Position numbers and translations under genes: made by a program
Assembly: GCF_006345805.1 (NCBI RefSeq)
Contig: NW_021832940.1
Coordinates: 1 to 29,440 of the forward strand
DNA length: 29,440 nt
Reading direction: 5' to 3'
Source of the DNA: Octopus sinensis
Lineage: Eukaryota
In this document: piece after piece, positions 11,201 through 23,194 of the stretch
How the letters are laid out: each line of letters begins with the position of its first letter
How positions within the stretch are numbered: the first letter of the stretch is position 1
The notes under the pieces: generated by a model
Seen by the model: only the letters and a program-made list of their open reading frames with translations
The model's database searches: none
What the model was told of the DNA's origin: nothing

Positions 11201-11221
11201 ACACACACACATACACACATA

Positions 11222-11223
<2 letters not shown>

Positions 11224-11295
<72 letters not shown>
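11224..11295. repeat. (CA)n microsatellite
   Basis: Directly visible. Confidence 0.95.
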
Positions 11296-11299
<4 letters not shown>

Positions 11300-11504
11300 A
11301 ATGTATATATTATATATATAAATGTCTGCTTTGGTCTGCTATTTCTGGTTAGATGCCCTTCCCAACATCAGCCAATTTACAGCATGCGCTCAGTGCTTTT
11401 TATCATAGTACCCGACTATTCGTTGCGATTCAAGTTGCAGAACTACAAATCCTGTTCAATTTAAAGCTAGTGGATAAGAGAATGAGGTAGGGAAGTGCAT
11501 ATTT

Positions 11505-11834
11505 TTGATCCTCTTTGGTAATGAATGACCAGGAGATTGCACCTAGAGAGTTCCCCACCAGGGTACGTATCCGGGCAAGTTTGTTTATGGATGACCGGCA
11601 GTCACCCATGCATAACTGCATACCCTCTCCATGCCAACAATGTTATCCAATGGCAATTCAAAGCCTTATACAGCTTCGGCCCAGAGATGTCAAAACTCAT
11701 TTCAACAACTGAGTGAACTGGATTAACGTGAAATAAAGTGTCTTCCTCAAGAACTTCAACACACAGCCGTTCCATGAATCGATCTCACTATCTTATGATT
11801 GTGAGCTTGACGATATCACCACTGAGCCACGCAC
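11505..11834 (-). mobile_element. tRNA-headed CORE-type SINE
   Basis: Minus strand GTGCGTGGCTCAGTGGTGATATCGTCAAGCTCACAATC...GATCGATTC (A/B boxes), then TTCTTGAGGAAGACACTTTATTTCACG...CAGTTCACTCAGTTGTTGAAATGAG, which resembles the CORE domain. Confidence 0.7.
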
Positions 11835-12185
11835 TTTCACACTGCGGAAGCAGGGAGAAAGAGAAAACGAACAGTAGGAACTAGAAGAGATAGATGATAG
11901 TAATGAATTGACTCGGTGGCCCCATGGGGTAAAATGCAAAGCATTCGATACAGAGACTGTAATTATGTGCCGAAAGAATTTTGCGCGAGGTGTGGCTTTT
12001 ATTTCGAGCATGTAGATAGCCTGGTTGAAAACCGTAGATTTGGGAGGTGAGATTTATTTATTTTTCTTTTGAATAAATGGCATTTTACAAACAATGACTT
12101 TTTTCAGAATCATTATCTCCAAATTTTTCTACGTATTTCACAAAAAATCGCGTCATATACGCATATATATATATATATATATATA

Positions 12186-12216
<31 letters not shown>

Positions 12217-12249
12217 CCACACACACACTCACTTATACATATATAGCAG

Positions 12250-12470
12250 TGAATGTTTCTGTTTGTCCAACCTTCACCACTTGACATCCGCTGTTTGTTC
12301 ACATCCATGTAATGTAGCTGTTATATGAAAGGGAACAAACAAATAAGCAGCAATCTGAATAAAGAGAAGCACTACTCGCTGTGTGGTTGACTAAACACCT
12401 CAATGCAGTGCTCCAGCATGGCTGCGTTCCGATGTTTAAAAAATGGAAACGATAGGACGTTAAAAGTACT
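12250..12470 (+). mobile_element. old SINE 3' half, plus orientation
   Basis: TGTTTGTCCAACCTTCACCACTTGACA...GCAGTGCTCCAGCATGGCTGC, the reverse complement of the family motif. Confidence 0.6.
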
Positions 12471-13010
12471 TTATATATAAGCCACATAAAAAAATTGAAG
12501 AAATAGTGTTAAGGGAGATAACTCTTAAATATAGGTCATATAATTGAGAGTAGTCTCCCTTAACATAAAATATGTCTGCGTAGGTGCTTTTATTCTGTGT
12601 GCCTGTAATTCTTTCCCTGTGTCTGTTTGTGTATGGGTTTGTATGTGTATGTGTGTGTGTGTGGGTGGGTGTGGCTGTGGGTGTTTGTGAGAGAGGGAGA
12701 GGAAGGGAGAGAGTAAAGCATGGGAGGTTGGAGTTATGCATTAATAAGCTCTATAGAACATCCTTACATCGAAATTTTTAGCAGTTTGCTCTTTACCTTG
12801 GATTTCTCTTATCCATTGGATTGTGGTCATGCTGGAACACTGCCTTCTGACGGTTAACTGGACCTGTTTATTTATTTATTTGTACACTGTCCTTATTCTT
12901 CCGTCCTGTATCGCTGAACGTTGCTTTATTGAGACATAAACAAAGCAACACCGTGTTCGGCTGCGATCGTAGGATAGGCACACACATAAACGTGAACACA
13001 CACACACACA

Positions 13011-13065
<55 letters not shown>

Positions 13066-13409
13066 TTCACAAGCTCCGAAATAAATGGAACGTTAGGGGT
13101 TAACGCCCATCTCTAACCTAAGGTAGACCAAATTTTTTCTTCATATTCACACTCAACGTAATGTGTTTAAAAGTTGGCAGCCTGACGTCGAATTGGAAAC
13201 AAGGGATTTTCCTCAATGACTCAGGTCCCATAATTTGGATGTGGTAGTAGTTAGAGAAACCTGGCTTAGAGGAAAGACAGGCATTTCTCCCCTCCTAAAC
13301 TGCCAAATCTCACACAAACTGTTTTTTGGGAACAGGCATATATGCTCTGTATCGAATACCTATGGGGTATTCGTACACAATTGTGCCCCTCATTTTGCTT
13401 GACACACAA

Positions 13410-13471
<62 letters not shown>

Positions 13472-13484
13472 TATAGGCTTTAAT

Positions 13485-13680
13485 GCTTTACTTGTTTCAG
13501 TCATTTGACTGTTGCATGCTGGAGTACCGCATTTGGACAGGCAAACCGACCGCAGTAGTTATTTTTTGTAAGCCTATTACTTATTCAATCGCTCTCATTT
13601 TGCCGAAACGCTAAGTAACGGGGTCGTAAACACGCCAGCATCCGTTATCAAGCGATGTTGTGGGGACAAACAAAGGCATA

Positions 13681-13690
<10 letters not shown>
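13485..13690 (-). mobile_element. SINE 3' half (paralogue of 10978-11200)
   Basis: TTGTTTCAGTCATTTGACTG...CATGCTGGAGTACCGC...GCCGAAACGCTAAGTAACGGGGTCGTAAACAC. Confidence 0.8.
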
Positions 13691-13753
<63 letters not shown>

Positions 13754-13962
13754 GTCTGCTTTGGTCTCCTATTTGTGGTTAGATGCCCTTCCAAACATCA
13801 ACCAATTCACAGCATGGGCTCAGTGCTTTTATCATACTACCCGATTATTGAGGTTGCCATGCAGGTCGCAGAACTACAAATCCTCGGGGGTGGGGTCAGT
13901 TTCATGCTAGTGGATAGGGGAATGATCTAAGAGAAGGAGGTACGGTAGTGCATGTTTTTGTA

Positions 13963-14292
13963 GATCCTCTTTTGTAATGATTGACCAGGAGATTGCACTT
14001 AGAGAGTTCCCCCACCAAGGTACATATCCAGGCAAGTTTGTTTATGGATGACCGGGAGTCACCCATGCACAACAGAATACCGTCTCCATGCCAACAATGT
14101 TATCCAATGGCAAGTCAAAGACTGATACAGCTTCGGCGCAGTGATGTCACAACTCATTTCAACAGCTGAGTGAACTGGAGTAACGTGAAATAAAGTGTCT
14201 TGCTCAAGAACTTCAACACACAGCCTGTTCCATGAATCGATCTCACTATCTCGTGATTGTGATCCTGTCGATATCACCACTGAGCCATGCAC
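13963..14292 (-). mobile_element. CORE-type SINE (paralogue of 11505-11834)
   Basis: Colinear high similarity to 11505-11834. Confidence 0.7.
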
Positions 14293-14811
14293 TCCCACAC
14301 AACGGAAAGAGAAAGAAAGAGAAAATGAAAAGAAGGCACTACAAGAGATAGATGATAGTAATGAATTGACTCGGTGGCCCCATGGGGTAAAATACAAAGC
14401 ATTCGATACAGAGTCTGTAATTATGTGCCAAAAAAATTTTGCGCGAGATATGGCTTTTATTTCTAGCATGTAGATAGCCTGGTTGAAAACCGTAGAATCG
14501 GGAGGCGAGGGTTTCTGAACCGAATGCCTATGGATTATTCCTACACAAATATGACCCTCGATTTTGCTTCCGTTTAACTGAAAGAAAGGTTCATATTTTT
14601 AATATAATTTTTGACATATTGTGTACATGCTGATTATATTGGAATTCTTTTAGAAAAAGTTTATTCCTAGAGGTAGGGGGAATTTCGAAAAATTCCTATA
14701 TCGGCATTTTTTGGACGAAGAAAGCTTTGATGAAATAATGAAAGAAATATGCAATCAATCTACTAATTTACTACCACACCCACCCATCCACACACATGTA
14801 TATATACTCTT

Positions 14812-15034
14812 TACTCTGTACTGTTTTACTTGTTTTAGGTCATTTGATTGCGGCCATGCTGGAGCACCGCCTTTAGACAGGCAAATCGACCCAGGGCTTA
14901 TTTTTTCTAAGCTATTACTTATTCAATCACCCTCATTTCCCGAACCGCTAAGTTACGGGGTCGTAAAGACACCAGCATCGTTTGTCAAGCGATGTTGTGG
15001 GGACAAATAGAGACACACAAACATATACACACAC

Positions 15035-15035
<1 letters not shown>
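14812..15035 (-). mobile_element. SINE 3' half
   Basis: GGTCATTTGATTGCGGCCATGCTGGAGCACCGCCTTTAG...GAACCGCTAAGTTACGGGGTCGTAAAGACACCAGCATCG. Confidence 0.85.
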
Positions 15036-15065
<30 letters not shown>

Positions 15066-15125
15066 TGTATGTATGTATGTATGTATGTATGTATGTATGT
15101 ATGTATGTATGTATGTATGTATGTA
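15036..15125. repeat. (GTAT)n microsatellite
   Basis: About 22 units, directly visible. Confidence 0.97.
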
Positions 15126-18100
15126 GGAAGGAGGAACTCTTGAGAGTCAACGGCCATCCAATAAATGTTTAATGTTTTTTTTCTTTTTTTCTTTTTCTTT
15201 TTGTTAATGCTTAAGGCTGTATCATACGCGGGGACATAGAAATAATCGGACTGAATACCCGATCGCGCGGTTAAACCATTGGGAGTGAAGGACTCCTAGC
15301 CTTTGTTAGGGTATCCTTCTAGGAGAAGGTAACTCAGGTAACTGGGAAAACTCCGACATAAAACCTGCGGCTCAGTGGTTACCGATGATGTTGACTTGTT
15401 CTTCTTTTATGATTATGGTTGCTGTTGCTTAGTGAGTGGGATTGACTCAGTGCACAGCCTTTCCTCACTTTAAATAAATCTTTTTGCACAGGCATTGCAC
15501 GATAACAACATTGGATTGATTAAAGTGATTAACTAATTCATGATTGTTGATAGTGCTGTGAGTCTCAACTGAATGGCTGGCTGTAGCCTTAAAAAGCAAA
15601 AAATCAATGATGTACCAAAACAGTATAAAAATAAATGGCAGTAAGGACTCTGGAACCACATCAGCTGAAAGAGTCTGGCCCGGCAGGGGCTCCAGAGCAT
15701 CACAGTCTGAACCCGGCCGTCATCATGCTACTGTGATAGAACCAAAGAAAATAATGAATATTGGCTGTTGGAATGTACGGACACTGCTTGACCATAAGTC
15801 CTCTGAATGTCCTGAAAGAAGGACTGCGCTTGTTGCGAAGGAGCTTCAACGCTATGATCTTGACATCGTTGCTTTATCTGAGACGAGATTACCTGGAAAT
15901 GGTCATCTTACAGAATCTTGTGGAAAATATACATTCTTTTGGAAAGTGAGAGATGAAGAGTTTAGAGGAGAAGCCGGAGTGGCATTTGCTGTTAAGACTA
16001 CTCTTGTGGACAAGTTGGAAGAATTCCCAGTCGGAATTAACGAGCGTCTTATGTCCATGAGAATTTCTTTGGCTAAAGGAAATTTTATGACCTTGGTGAG
16101 TGTGTATGCTCCAACTATGTGCTATACTGATGACGAAAAACTTTCTTTCTACCATGCTTTGAAGAGCATTATAAGAAATATCCCTCGGGCAGACAAAGTC
16201 ATCGTACTGGGTGACTTTAATGCTAGAGTGGGTAGGGATTTTAACACATGGACTGTTATTGGAAAGCATGTGGTGGGGAAGTGTAATAGTTATGGCATGC
16301 TTTTGCTGCAGATGTGTGAGGAGCTGCGTCTGTGTGTTACCAATACTATGTTTCAACAAAAGAATAAGCTTAAGACTACATGGATGCACCCTGCATCTAA
16401 AGAATTGCATATTCTGGATTACATCCTAGTTAGGGTGCGTGACAGACAGGATGTGCAGTGTGATCGTGTTCTTCGTGGAGCTGAGTGTTGGACTGACCAC
16501 CGCCAAGTACGTGCAACAGTGAAATTAGTCACAAAACATAAAATCCGAGCTGCAGGAATGACCCTGCCTAAAAGACTGAATGTTGGTATAATAGTGAGAA
16601 GAGAACTTTACGAGAGGAAATGAATGCTGCAGATATTGGGGAGGATTAGCCGATCCTTAAAAATTCAGTTTATGATATATGCAGGAAAGTTCTGGGATTG
16701 ATATAAAGAAATCATCAAGATTGGTTCAAAGAAAATGATGAACATATAGATGATTTATTGGCTGATAAAAGACGTACTTTGTCACGCTATTTGTCAGCAA
16801 AGTCACAGGAAAGGGAAGCGTTGCATAGGGAACTCAAGGACGTAAAATCAAGTGTGAGGCAAAGGCTCTCTCAGATGAGGGATACGTGGTGGAGTAAGAA
16901 GGCTGACGAGATACAGGCGGCATCAGATTCCAATAAAACAAAGCTGCTGTATGGTCTCTTGCGAGAAGTTTATGGACCGACATCTTCCCTGATGACACCA
17001 ATTCGAAGCAGGGATGGTAAAGAACTTCTTCGTGATTCACAAGGAATTCTGCGAAGGTGGCAAGATCACTTTGATGAACTTTTGAATTAGCAGTCTGTAG
17101 TTAGTGAGGATGTTCTCAATCTCATCCCTGGATTGCCTGTGAAGGCAGCGCTCGCAGAACCACCAAAGATGGAAGAGGTTGCAATGGCTGTCTCAAGGTT
17201 GAATAATGGGAATCTCCGGGTGTGGATGGCATACATACGGAGTTGTTACAGCATGGTGGTGAGAAAATTCTGCAGAAACTTCACTCTTTGTTTGGTAAGG
17301 TATGGACTAGTGAATCTGTACCTGAGGACTGTAGAGATGCAGTAATGGTGGCCCTGTATAAGGGAAAGGGCAACAGGAATGACTGTGGTAACTATAGGGG
17401 AGTATCATTGCTGTCTGCTGTAGGAAAGGTTTTATGTAGGATACTTCTGGATCGTCTGCTGAAATACATTGCAGATTGTGTTCTTCCATAAAGTCAATCT
17501 GGCTTTCGCGTGGGACGTGGCACTGCTGGTATGATCATTTCAGTTAGACAGCTTCAGGAAAACTGTGTGGAACAGGGTCTGAATATTCTGGCACCGACCC
17601 TATTTTCCATATATTTCGCGATGGTGTTCAGTATTGCATTCAGAAACTGCAGATACGGTGTTTACGTCCATTATCGAACCTCTGGCAGCATATTTAATAT
17701 CAGGCGCCTTGCTGCAAAAACAAAGATATTTACCTCTATCATAAGAGACATTTTGTATGCTGATGATTGTGAGCTGGTAGCACACACAGAGATTGATATG
17801 CAACACATTTTGAATGCATTCTCGGATGCTTGCACTGCCTTAGGATTGACAGACAATCTCAAGGAAACTGTTCGACTTGATGTAGTCGATCAGTTTGTCT
17901 ACCAGGGAAGCACTATTAATAGATATGGCAATGTGGATGATGAAATTCCATATAGAATTAGGAAAGCAAGTGTTGCTTTCGGAAGGCTAGAAAAGCGCCT
18001 CTGGAGTCGGCGAGACATATGCAGAAAGACAAAGATAAAGGTGTACAAGGCATGTGTGCTCCTTTCTATTCTTTATGCCTGCGAGACGTGGGTCATATAT

Positions 18101-18930
18101 GGATATCACCTTAAACAACTGGAACGTTTCCATCAGACGGATCTATGGCATTAAGTGGAAGGGCTGCATCAGTGATCTTGAAATACTCGAAGGCTGTCGC
18201 TGTGAAATCATAGAAGCTCTTCTGTTAAAGCAAAGGCTCAGATGGAGTGGTCTTCTGGTCAGAATGATGGATTCAAGGATGCCAAAACAACTCTTTTATG
18301 GAGAATTAGCTAAAGGAGAACGACCTCCACATAAACCAAAAAAGTGGTATAAGGACTTGCTGAAGGCTTCCTTAAGAGATGCTTGCATCTATCCTGACAC
18401 ATGGGAAGGCATAGCTATTGATCGTAGCAGGTGGAGAAGGATTGTGCAAGAGGGGACAGCCACATTTGAGAAATCTCGAGTTGCACATGAGAAAGTAAGG
18501 AGGGATGTCAAGAAGGGCATCACTGGTATACTTCCAGAAGGGAAGGGTCTTCCTTTGATTCTGACATGCGATGTCTGTGCAAGACCCTGCCTCAGTAAAG
18601 CTGGACTCATGAGTCAGCTTTGTAGTCATAAAACGAGACAGATGAGTGACAACCTGGCCACTGGTGGTGGTGTAACACACCATACTAATCATATCTGTCG
18701 GGCATGTGGAAGAGAGTGTAATTCGGCAGGAGGACTTAAACGACATGCAGAGGTACATGAAGCCCAGTTACAACTACAACCGGCTATTACCAGTAAAGGC
18801 TTTAGTTGCCAATTTTGTACAAGACATTGTAGATCTTTAGCTGGGCTAAAAAGTCACATTTGATCACAGCACCAATAACAGTTAAGAATTGTGCAAAGGC
18901 CATACTCGATAAGGAGGGGGCAGCCATAAA
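15126..18930 (+). mobile_element. RTE-clade non-LTR retrotransposon, decayed (copy B), same family as copy A
   Basis: Reverse-complement homologous to about 1161-5180. APE ORF at 15607-16623, ILYADD at 17756-17767, three C2H2 fingers, and a 3' end GGGGGCAGCCATAAAAAAA. It has a roughly 200-nt deletion of the RT DLTKAFD region that copy A retains (A about 2555-2756). Confidence 0.95.
15607..18890 (+). pseudogene. RTE ORF, frameshifted and internally deleted
   Basis: ORF-track fragments 15607-16623, 16758-17090, 17133-17345, 17222-17491, 17510-18154 and 18054-18863. Confidence 0.92.
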
Positions 18931-18939
18931 AAAAGGTAA

Positions 18940-19272
18940 AACCCAACGCAAACACACAGCCACACCAACACCACAAAAACATATACAGCAAACATGCTCA
19001 CAGCCATAGACACCAAAAACACAAATTTGATGGAATACATCCAATCAAAAACAAACATAACAGAAGATGACATAAAAACAAACAATCACCCATACACAAC
19101 ACCACCAGACCACATCAAAATATTACACATCTCCAAAAGTCTGCACCACACACTCAAAGGCATTTTCCCCAGTGCGGTTGGTAAATGCCAAAAATATCTC
19201 ACAAAGAAACTGTACTGGGATCTTCTCGAGGACAAACCAACGGAGGAGAAAGCAAAAACTTTCGAGCAGTAA
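18940..19272 (+). pseudogene. probable C-terminal remnant of Tx1 ORF1
   Basis: Open frame ending 31 nt before the ORF2 ATG, with an A/C-rich composition distinct from the RTE upstream. No diagnostic motif. Confidence 0.45.
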
Positions 19273-19303
19273 GTAACCCTCTGTATTCTAATTCATTAGA
19301 ACT

Positions 19304-22300
19304 ATGATCAAGATTGGTTGTGTAAATGCGCGTGGCTTGGGGTCCCCTTGGAAACAAGGGTACCTCTTAAATGACATAAAGTCACATAAGTTAGAAATCA
19401 TAGCCATAAGCGAGACCAGACTCCACAATCCGCGGCCCTAAAGACCATGTTTGGCGGACAGTTCAACATTTATTTTTCCCCCTGTCTGCCGAGAATGGGC
19501 GGTAGTGGCACCGCGGTACTTTTACACAAGAGTCTGGATCTCAATGTAAGGACAATATTCGTAGACCCGGAGGGTAGACTGGTCGTCCTGGATGTCGACG
19601 GCAGCAATGGGTGCGCTTTTCGACTCGTATCAGTTTACGCACCGCCCTTAACAGGTCGGGCGGATTTCTTTCAACGTCTAGAAGTTTTCTTGGGAACGTC
19701 TCGTCCTTTACTCTTAGTGGGGGATTGGAATGCTACCTTGGACACGCATGTAGACTACGTGGGTAGAGATAGGAATAGACGGGGATGCAAATGCCTCAGA
19801 GACCTGCTCAGACGCTTTCAACTGTCTGACAGGTTCCGACTAGACCACCCGAATGCGCCAACGTGGACATGGAGCAACCGCATCGGGTCGTCGAGATCGT
19901 ATCTAGATAGGATACTGTGTAGGACAGTAGATAGAGATAGCATAGGATGTCCACAATTCCACATAGTCAGCTACACGGATCACAAACTTGTGACATGTAC
20001 GCTAGACTTAGGTAAGACACTTAGGCAGGGTCCCGGATACTGGAAACTAAACGCGTCTTTCCCATCGAGACAAGTTTTCAGAGACCGGATTAGCACACTA
20101 GTAAAGAGGGCTTTGACGGGAGCCATCATCAACAACAAATGGTGGTTTGCCCTCAAGAGAGCAGTAAAAGCAGAAGCGATTAGGTACAGCAAAGCACTAG
20201 CCATAGATAGAAATAGAGTAGAGGGTGAGCTAGTTAAGAAGCTAGAAGAGGCAATTAGAAGCGGCATCGCATCCGACGTTTTGGCGGCGAGGTTGGCCCT
20301 CGACCAACACTTCAACGCCAAACACGAAGGATGTGCTGTCAGAGCTAGGATGCGTGCTCTAAGGAACGAAGGTGTTGGAGCCGCGAGAGAGGCCCGGGTG
20401 GCAGAGGCGCAACAGGGCAACAAAGCCACCATTCGGTCACTGGTAGATGAACAGGGGCGCGAATTGCTCGAGCCAAGTAAAATGTGTGAGGCCTTTCAGC
20501 AGCATTTTGCCCGACTGTTCGGAACGAGTGGAGGGCAAGAACGTAGGGTGGACTTCAGTGCCTACCTACATAGCCTACCACGACTCTCGACAAGAAAGGC
20601 AGAGTGCTGCGAAGGTGCCATCACGGCGGCGGAAGTGCGGGAAGCGATGGCAAATGCTCGAGGGACAAATCACCGGGTTTGGATGGTCTACCCTACGAGC
20701 TTTACAATTGTATGCCAGACTTGTTTGGAGATCTCTTGGCAGCGGTGTACTGCAACTGGCAGCAAAACGGGAGCATTCCTGGTTTTGTGAGCCGAGGAGC
20801 CGTAACACTGCTGAAGAAAGATCTAAACAAGGGAAATGTAATAGATAACTTTAGGCCCATCACTCTGCTTAATGCAGACTTGAAAATTTTGGCCAAGGTG
20901 CTAGCCAAGAGGTTGGCGCTGTCATCGAGAAACTGGTCGACAAGGCGCAAACATGCGCCGTGCCAGGCCGGACCATCCATGACAACCTCCATCTGATGCG
21001 CTACATCATAGACAGGGTAGTTAACGAACCTGGCATGGGTGGGGCCCTGATCAACTTGGATCAATCGAAAGCCTTTGATAGGGTAGACCATCGATACTTG
21101 GAGGCAGTCCTGAGAGCGGCTGGTTTCGGTCCCGTCTTCCGCGGCTGGATAGCTGCCTTGTACAGAGGCATCCGTTCGGTAATTCGCGTAAATGGACATC
21201 TATCGAGACCTTTCGACATTGCACGTTCGGTCCGTCGGGATGCCCCCTCTCGGCGCTTCTATACGTATTGACTCTTGAGCCACTACTGCGGAAGCTGGCG
21301 ACTCTAAGGGGCATCCCGCGAGAATTGGGATGCGGGACGAGCGTGTCTGCATACGCGGACGACGTCACCGTCATAGTGTCTAGCCACGAGCACATCGAGC
21401 TGGTCGGCGAGACACTGAAAAACTACGAAGCGGTGACAGGAGCGAAAATCAACCGGAAAAGTCAGTGGGCTTGCGACTAGGCACCTGGAGAAGCAAGCCC
21501 ATGCCGTCCACCAGCGCCTCCGTCGTGGGACGCTGGACCGACGGCCCGGTTGAGTTGCTCGGGGTCTGGTTCGGTCCGGACCTCCAAGTGGAGAAGAACT
21601 GGAACGAGATAACGAGTAGGGTGGTCACTCTCGCCCGGCAATGGGCCGAGAGGAAACTGTCCCTAAAAGGTCGAGCGGAGGTGGCGAACACGTACATCGC
21701 GTCCGTCATCTACTACCGCCTGACCGTCGTACCTTGTCCCGACCCTACCATCACCAAACTACAACGCATCCTCTTTCGCTTCTTGTGGAAAGGATGCGTC
21801 CCGATGGTCAGGCGATCCATTTGCTATCAACACCCGTTAAAAGGAGGGCTGGGCATGCCGTGGTTGATGATGCGCAGACACGCGCTGAGACTGCGACATC
21901 TCTGGCTCTATGTAGACGACGGTGAATAGGTGTGGTCGCCGTTTGTGAGGCACGCTTTCCCGCAGCTCGTCTCCATGACCGAACTGCAGTCGTGGATCAA
22001 AAAGAGGCCGAGGAAGGCGAATGGCACCGCGAGTGTCGCGTTGCTCTCAAGCAACTCTGCCGTCCTGGGTCGACCTTAAGTGACTTCAACACAACCAAAG
22101 CATTCTATAGGGGTTTAGTGGAGGGGAGGTACGACGACGAGCTCGGGGCGAACCTGGACGTCGACGAGGAGTACCTGACCCGCCTGTTCGGGACGACTTT
22201 CGGGCCAGGGCCCATGGACAACTTCCAGAGATCCCTGGCCTGGCAGTGCTACCGAGAAGCGCTACCGTTCGGGATAAGCTCTACAGACACGGCTCGAGAA

Positions 22301-22734
22301 ACACGGGGCCGACCTGCCCGAGATGCGGTCAGAGCGACGAAACCGTTCTGCACGCACTCGTTCAGTGTCCAACAATTTCCGACCTGTGGGCTTATGTCGA
22401 ACAACTGCTGTCACGTGTGGGACGAGTCGGTTTATCAGCTGAGTCTATCGTCAATATTGTCACGCCTCCTTCCTTCAAACGGGAAGGAAGAGCTATTTTC
22501 ATCATCCTTGTGGCTATGGCGAAAGAATGTATCTGGTGGACGCGTCTGAAAGGATTGGAGACAAACACTTTCCTCTCTGGTCAATCTCTCATCAACTTCT
22601 TCAAGTACCACTTGAAAAGGAAAGTGAGAGTAGAGAGGCAAGTTTTGTCTAGCGAATGTTTTAAAAAAAGATGGGTGAATGTAGCAAGAATGGCACGTAT
22701 GAATGACGAAGCCACCTTGAGCATAGTCCTATGA
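19304..22734 (+). pseudogene. Tx1 ORF2: APE endonuclease, reverse transcriptase, CCHC zinc finger; several 1-nt frameshifts
   Basis: MIKIGCVNARGL, ISETRL, RLVSVYAP, VGDWNA, SYLDRI, TDHKLV, GPGYWKLN, KSPGLDGLPYE, NFRPITLLNADLKILAK, LDQSKAFDRVDH, AYADDVT (21352-21363), GGLGMP, CPRCGQSDETVLHALVQC. Confidence 0.93.
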
Positions 22735-23130
22735 ACCCAGAAATCGAAAACAGAGAGTTGCTTATTTGCAAAAAAAAAAAAAAAAAAAAGAAATATAAAA
22801 TGTGACTTCATTGACCGAGGTTACCGTGGTCTTTTCCGTAGGCTTTTCTTTCCACGGGTAAACCTCACCTGTCCTCCCCTTTACACTTCATATTGACATT
22901 TCTGTGATAACGATCCCTATTGATCAATTTTTTTTTCTTCCCCTTTTTTTTTTTTTTAACCCCCCCCCCCTTTTTTTTTTCTTTTTTGTCCTCTTTCTCT
23001 CCTTTTACGATCCCTTTTGATCGAAACTCCCCCTCCCTTTTTTTTTTTTTTTTTAAACCTTCAAAAGAAAAGCTCTACCTTGTAATTTGTTCTATCTGTG
23101 TGCAGCCCTGTGTGGCTAATAAAGAAACAT

Positions 23131-23155
23131 ATCTATCTATCTATCTATCTATCTA

Positions 23156-23194
<39 letters not shown>

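Larger units (their letters stand above)
9975..12050 (+). repeat. degenerate segmental duplication unit 1 (pairs with 12742-14510)
   Basis: Colinear similarity through non-SINE sequence (TCCTTACATCGAA, GCCCATCTCTAACCTAAGG, CATTTCTCCCCTCCTAAACTGC, AATGTCTGCTTTGGTCT, GGTGGCCCCATGGGGTAAAA). Confidence 0.85.
12742..14510 (+). repeat. degenerate segmental duplication unit 2
   Basis: Colinear with 9975-12050 but lacks the 323-nt segment 10531-10853. Confidence 0.85.
18935..23130 (+). mobile_element. Tx1-clade (L1 group) non-LTR retrotransposon, 5'-truncated within ORF1
   Basis: ORF1 C-terminal remnant, 31-nt spacer, then ORF2 with APE, RT and a CCHC finger. About 390-nt 3' UTR with AATAAA at 23118-23123, then (ATCT)n. 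Confidence 0.88.

Noticed and set aside
11770-11834. tRNA gene
   Set aside because: Only A/B-box-like blocks without a cloverleaf, continuing into a CORE-like body. It is a SINE head, as are the paralogues and 97-246.
15126-19272. RTE-B inserted into the middle of Tx1 ORF1
   Set aside because: Sequence upstream of RTE-B is a SINE plus (GTAT)n, not the rest of ORF1. Tx1 5' truncation is simpler.
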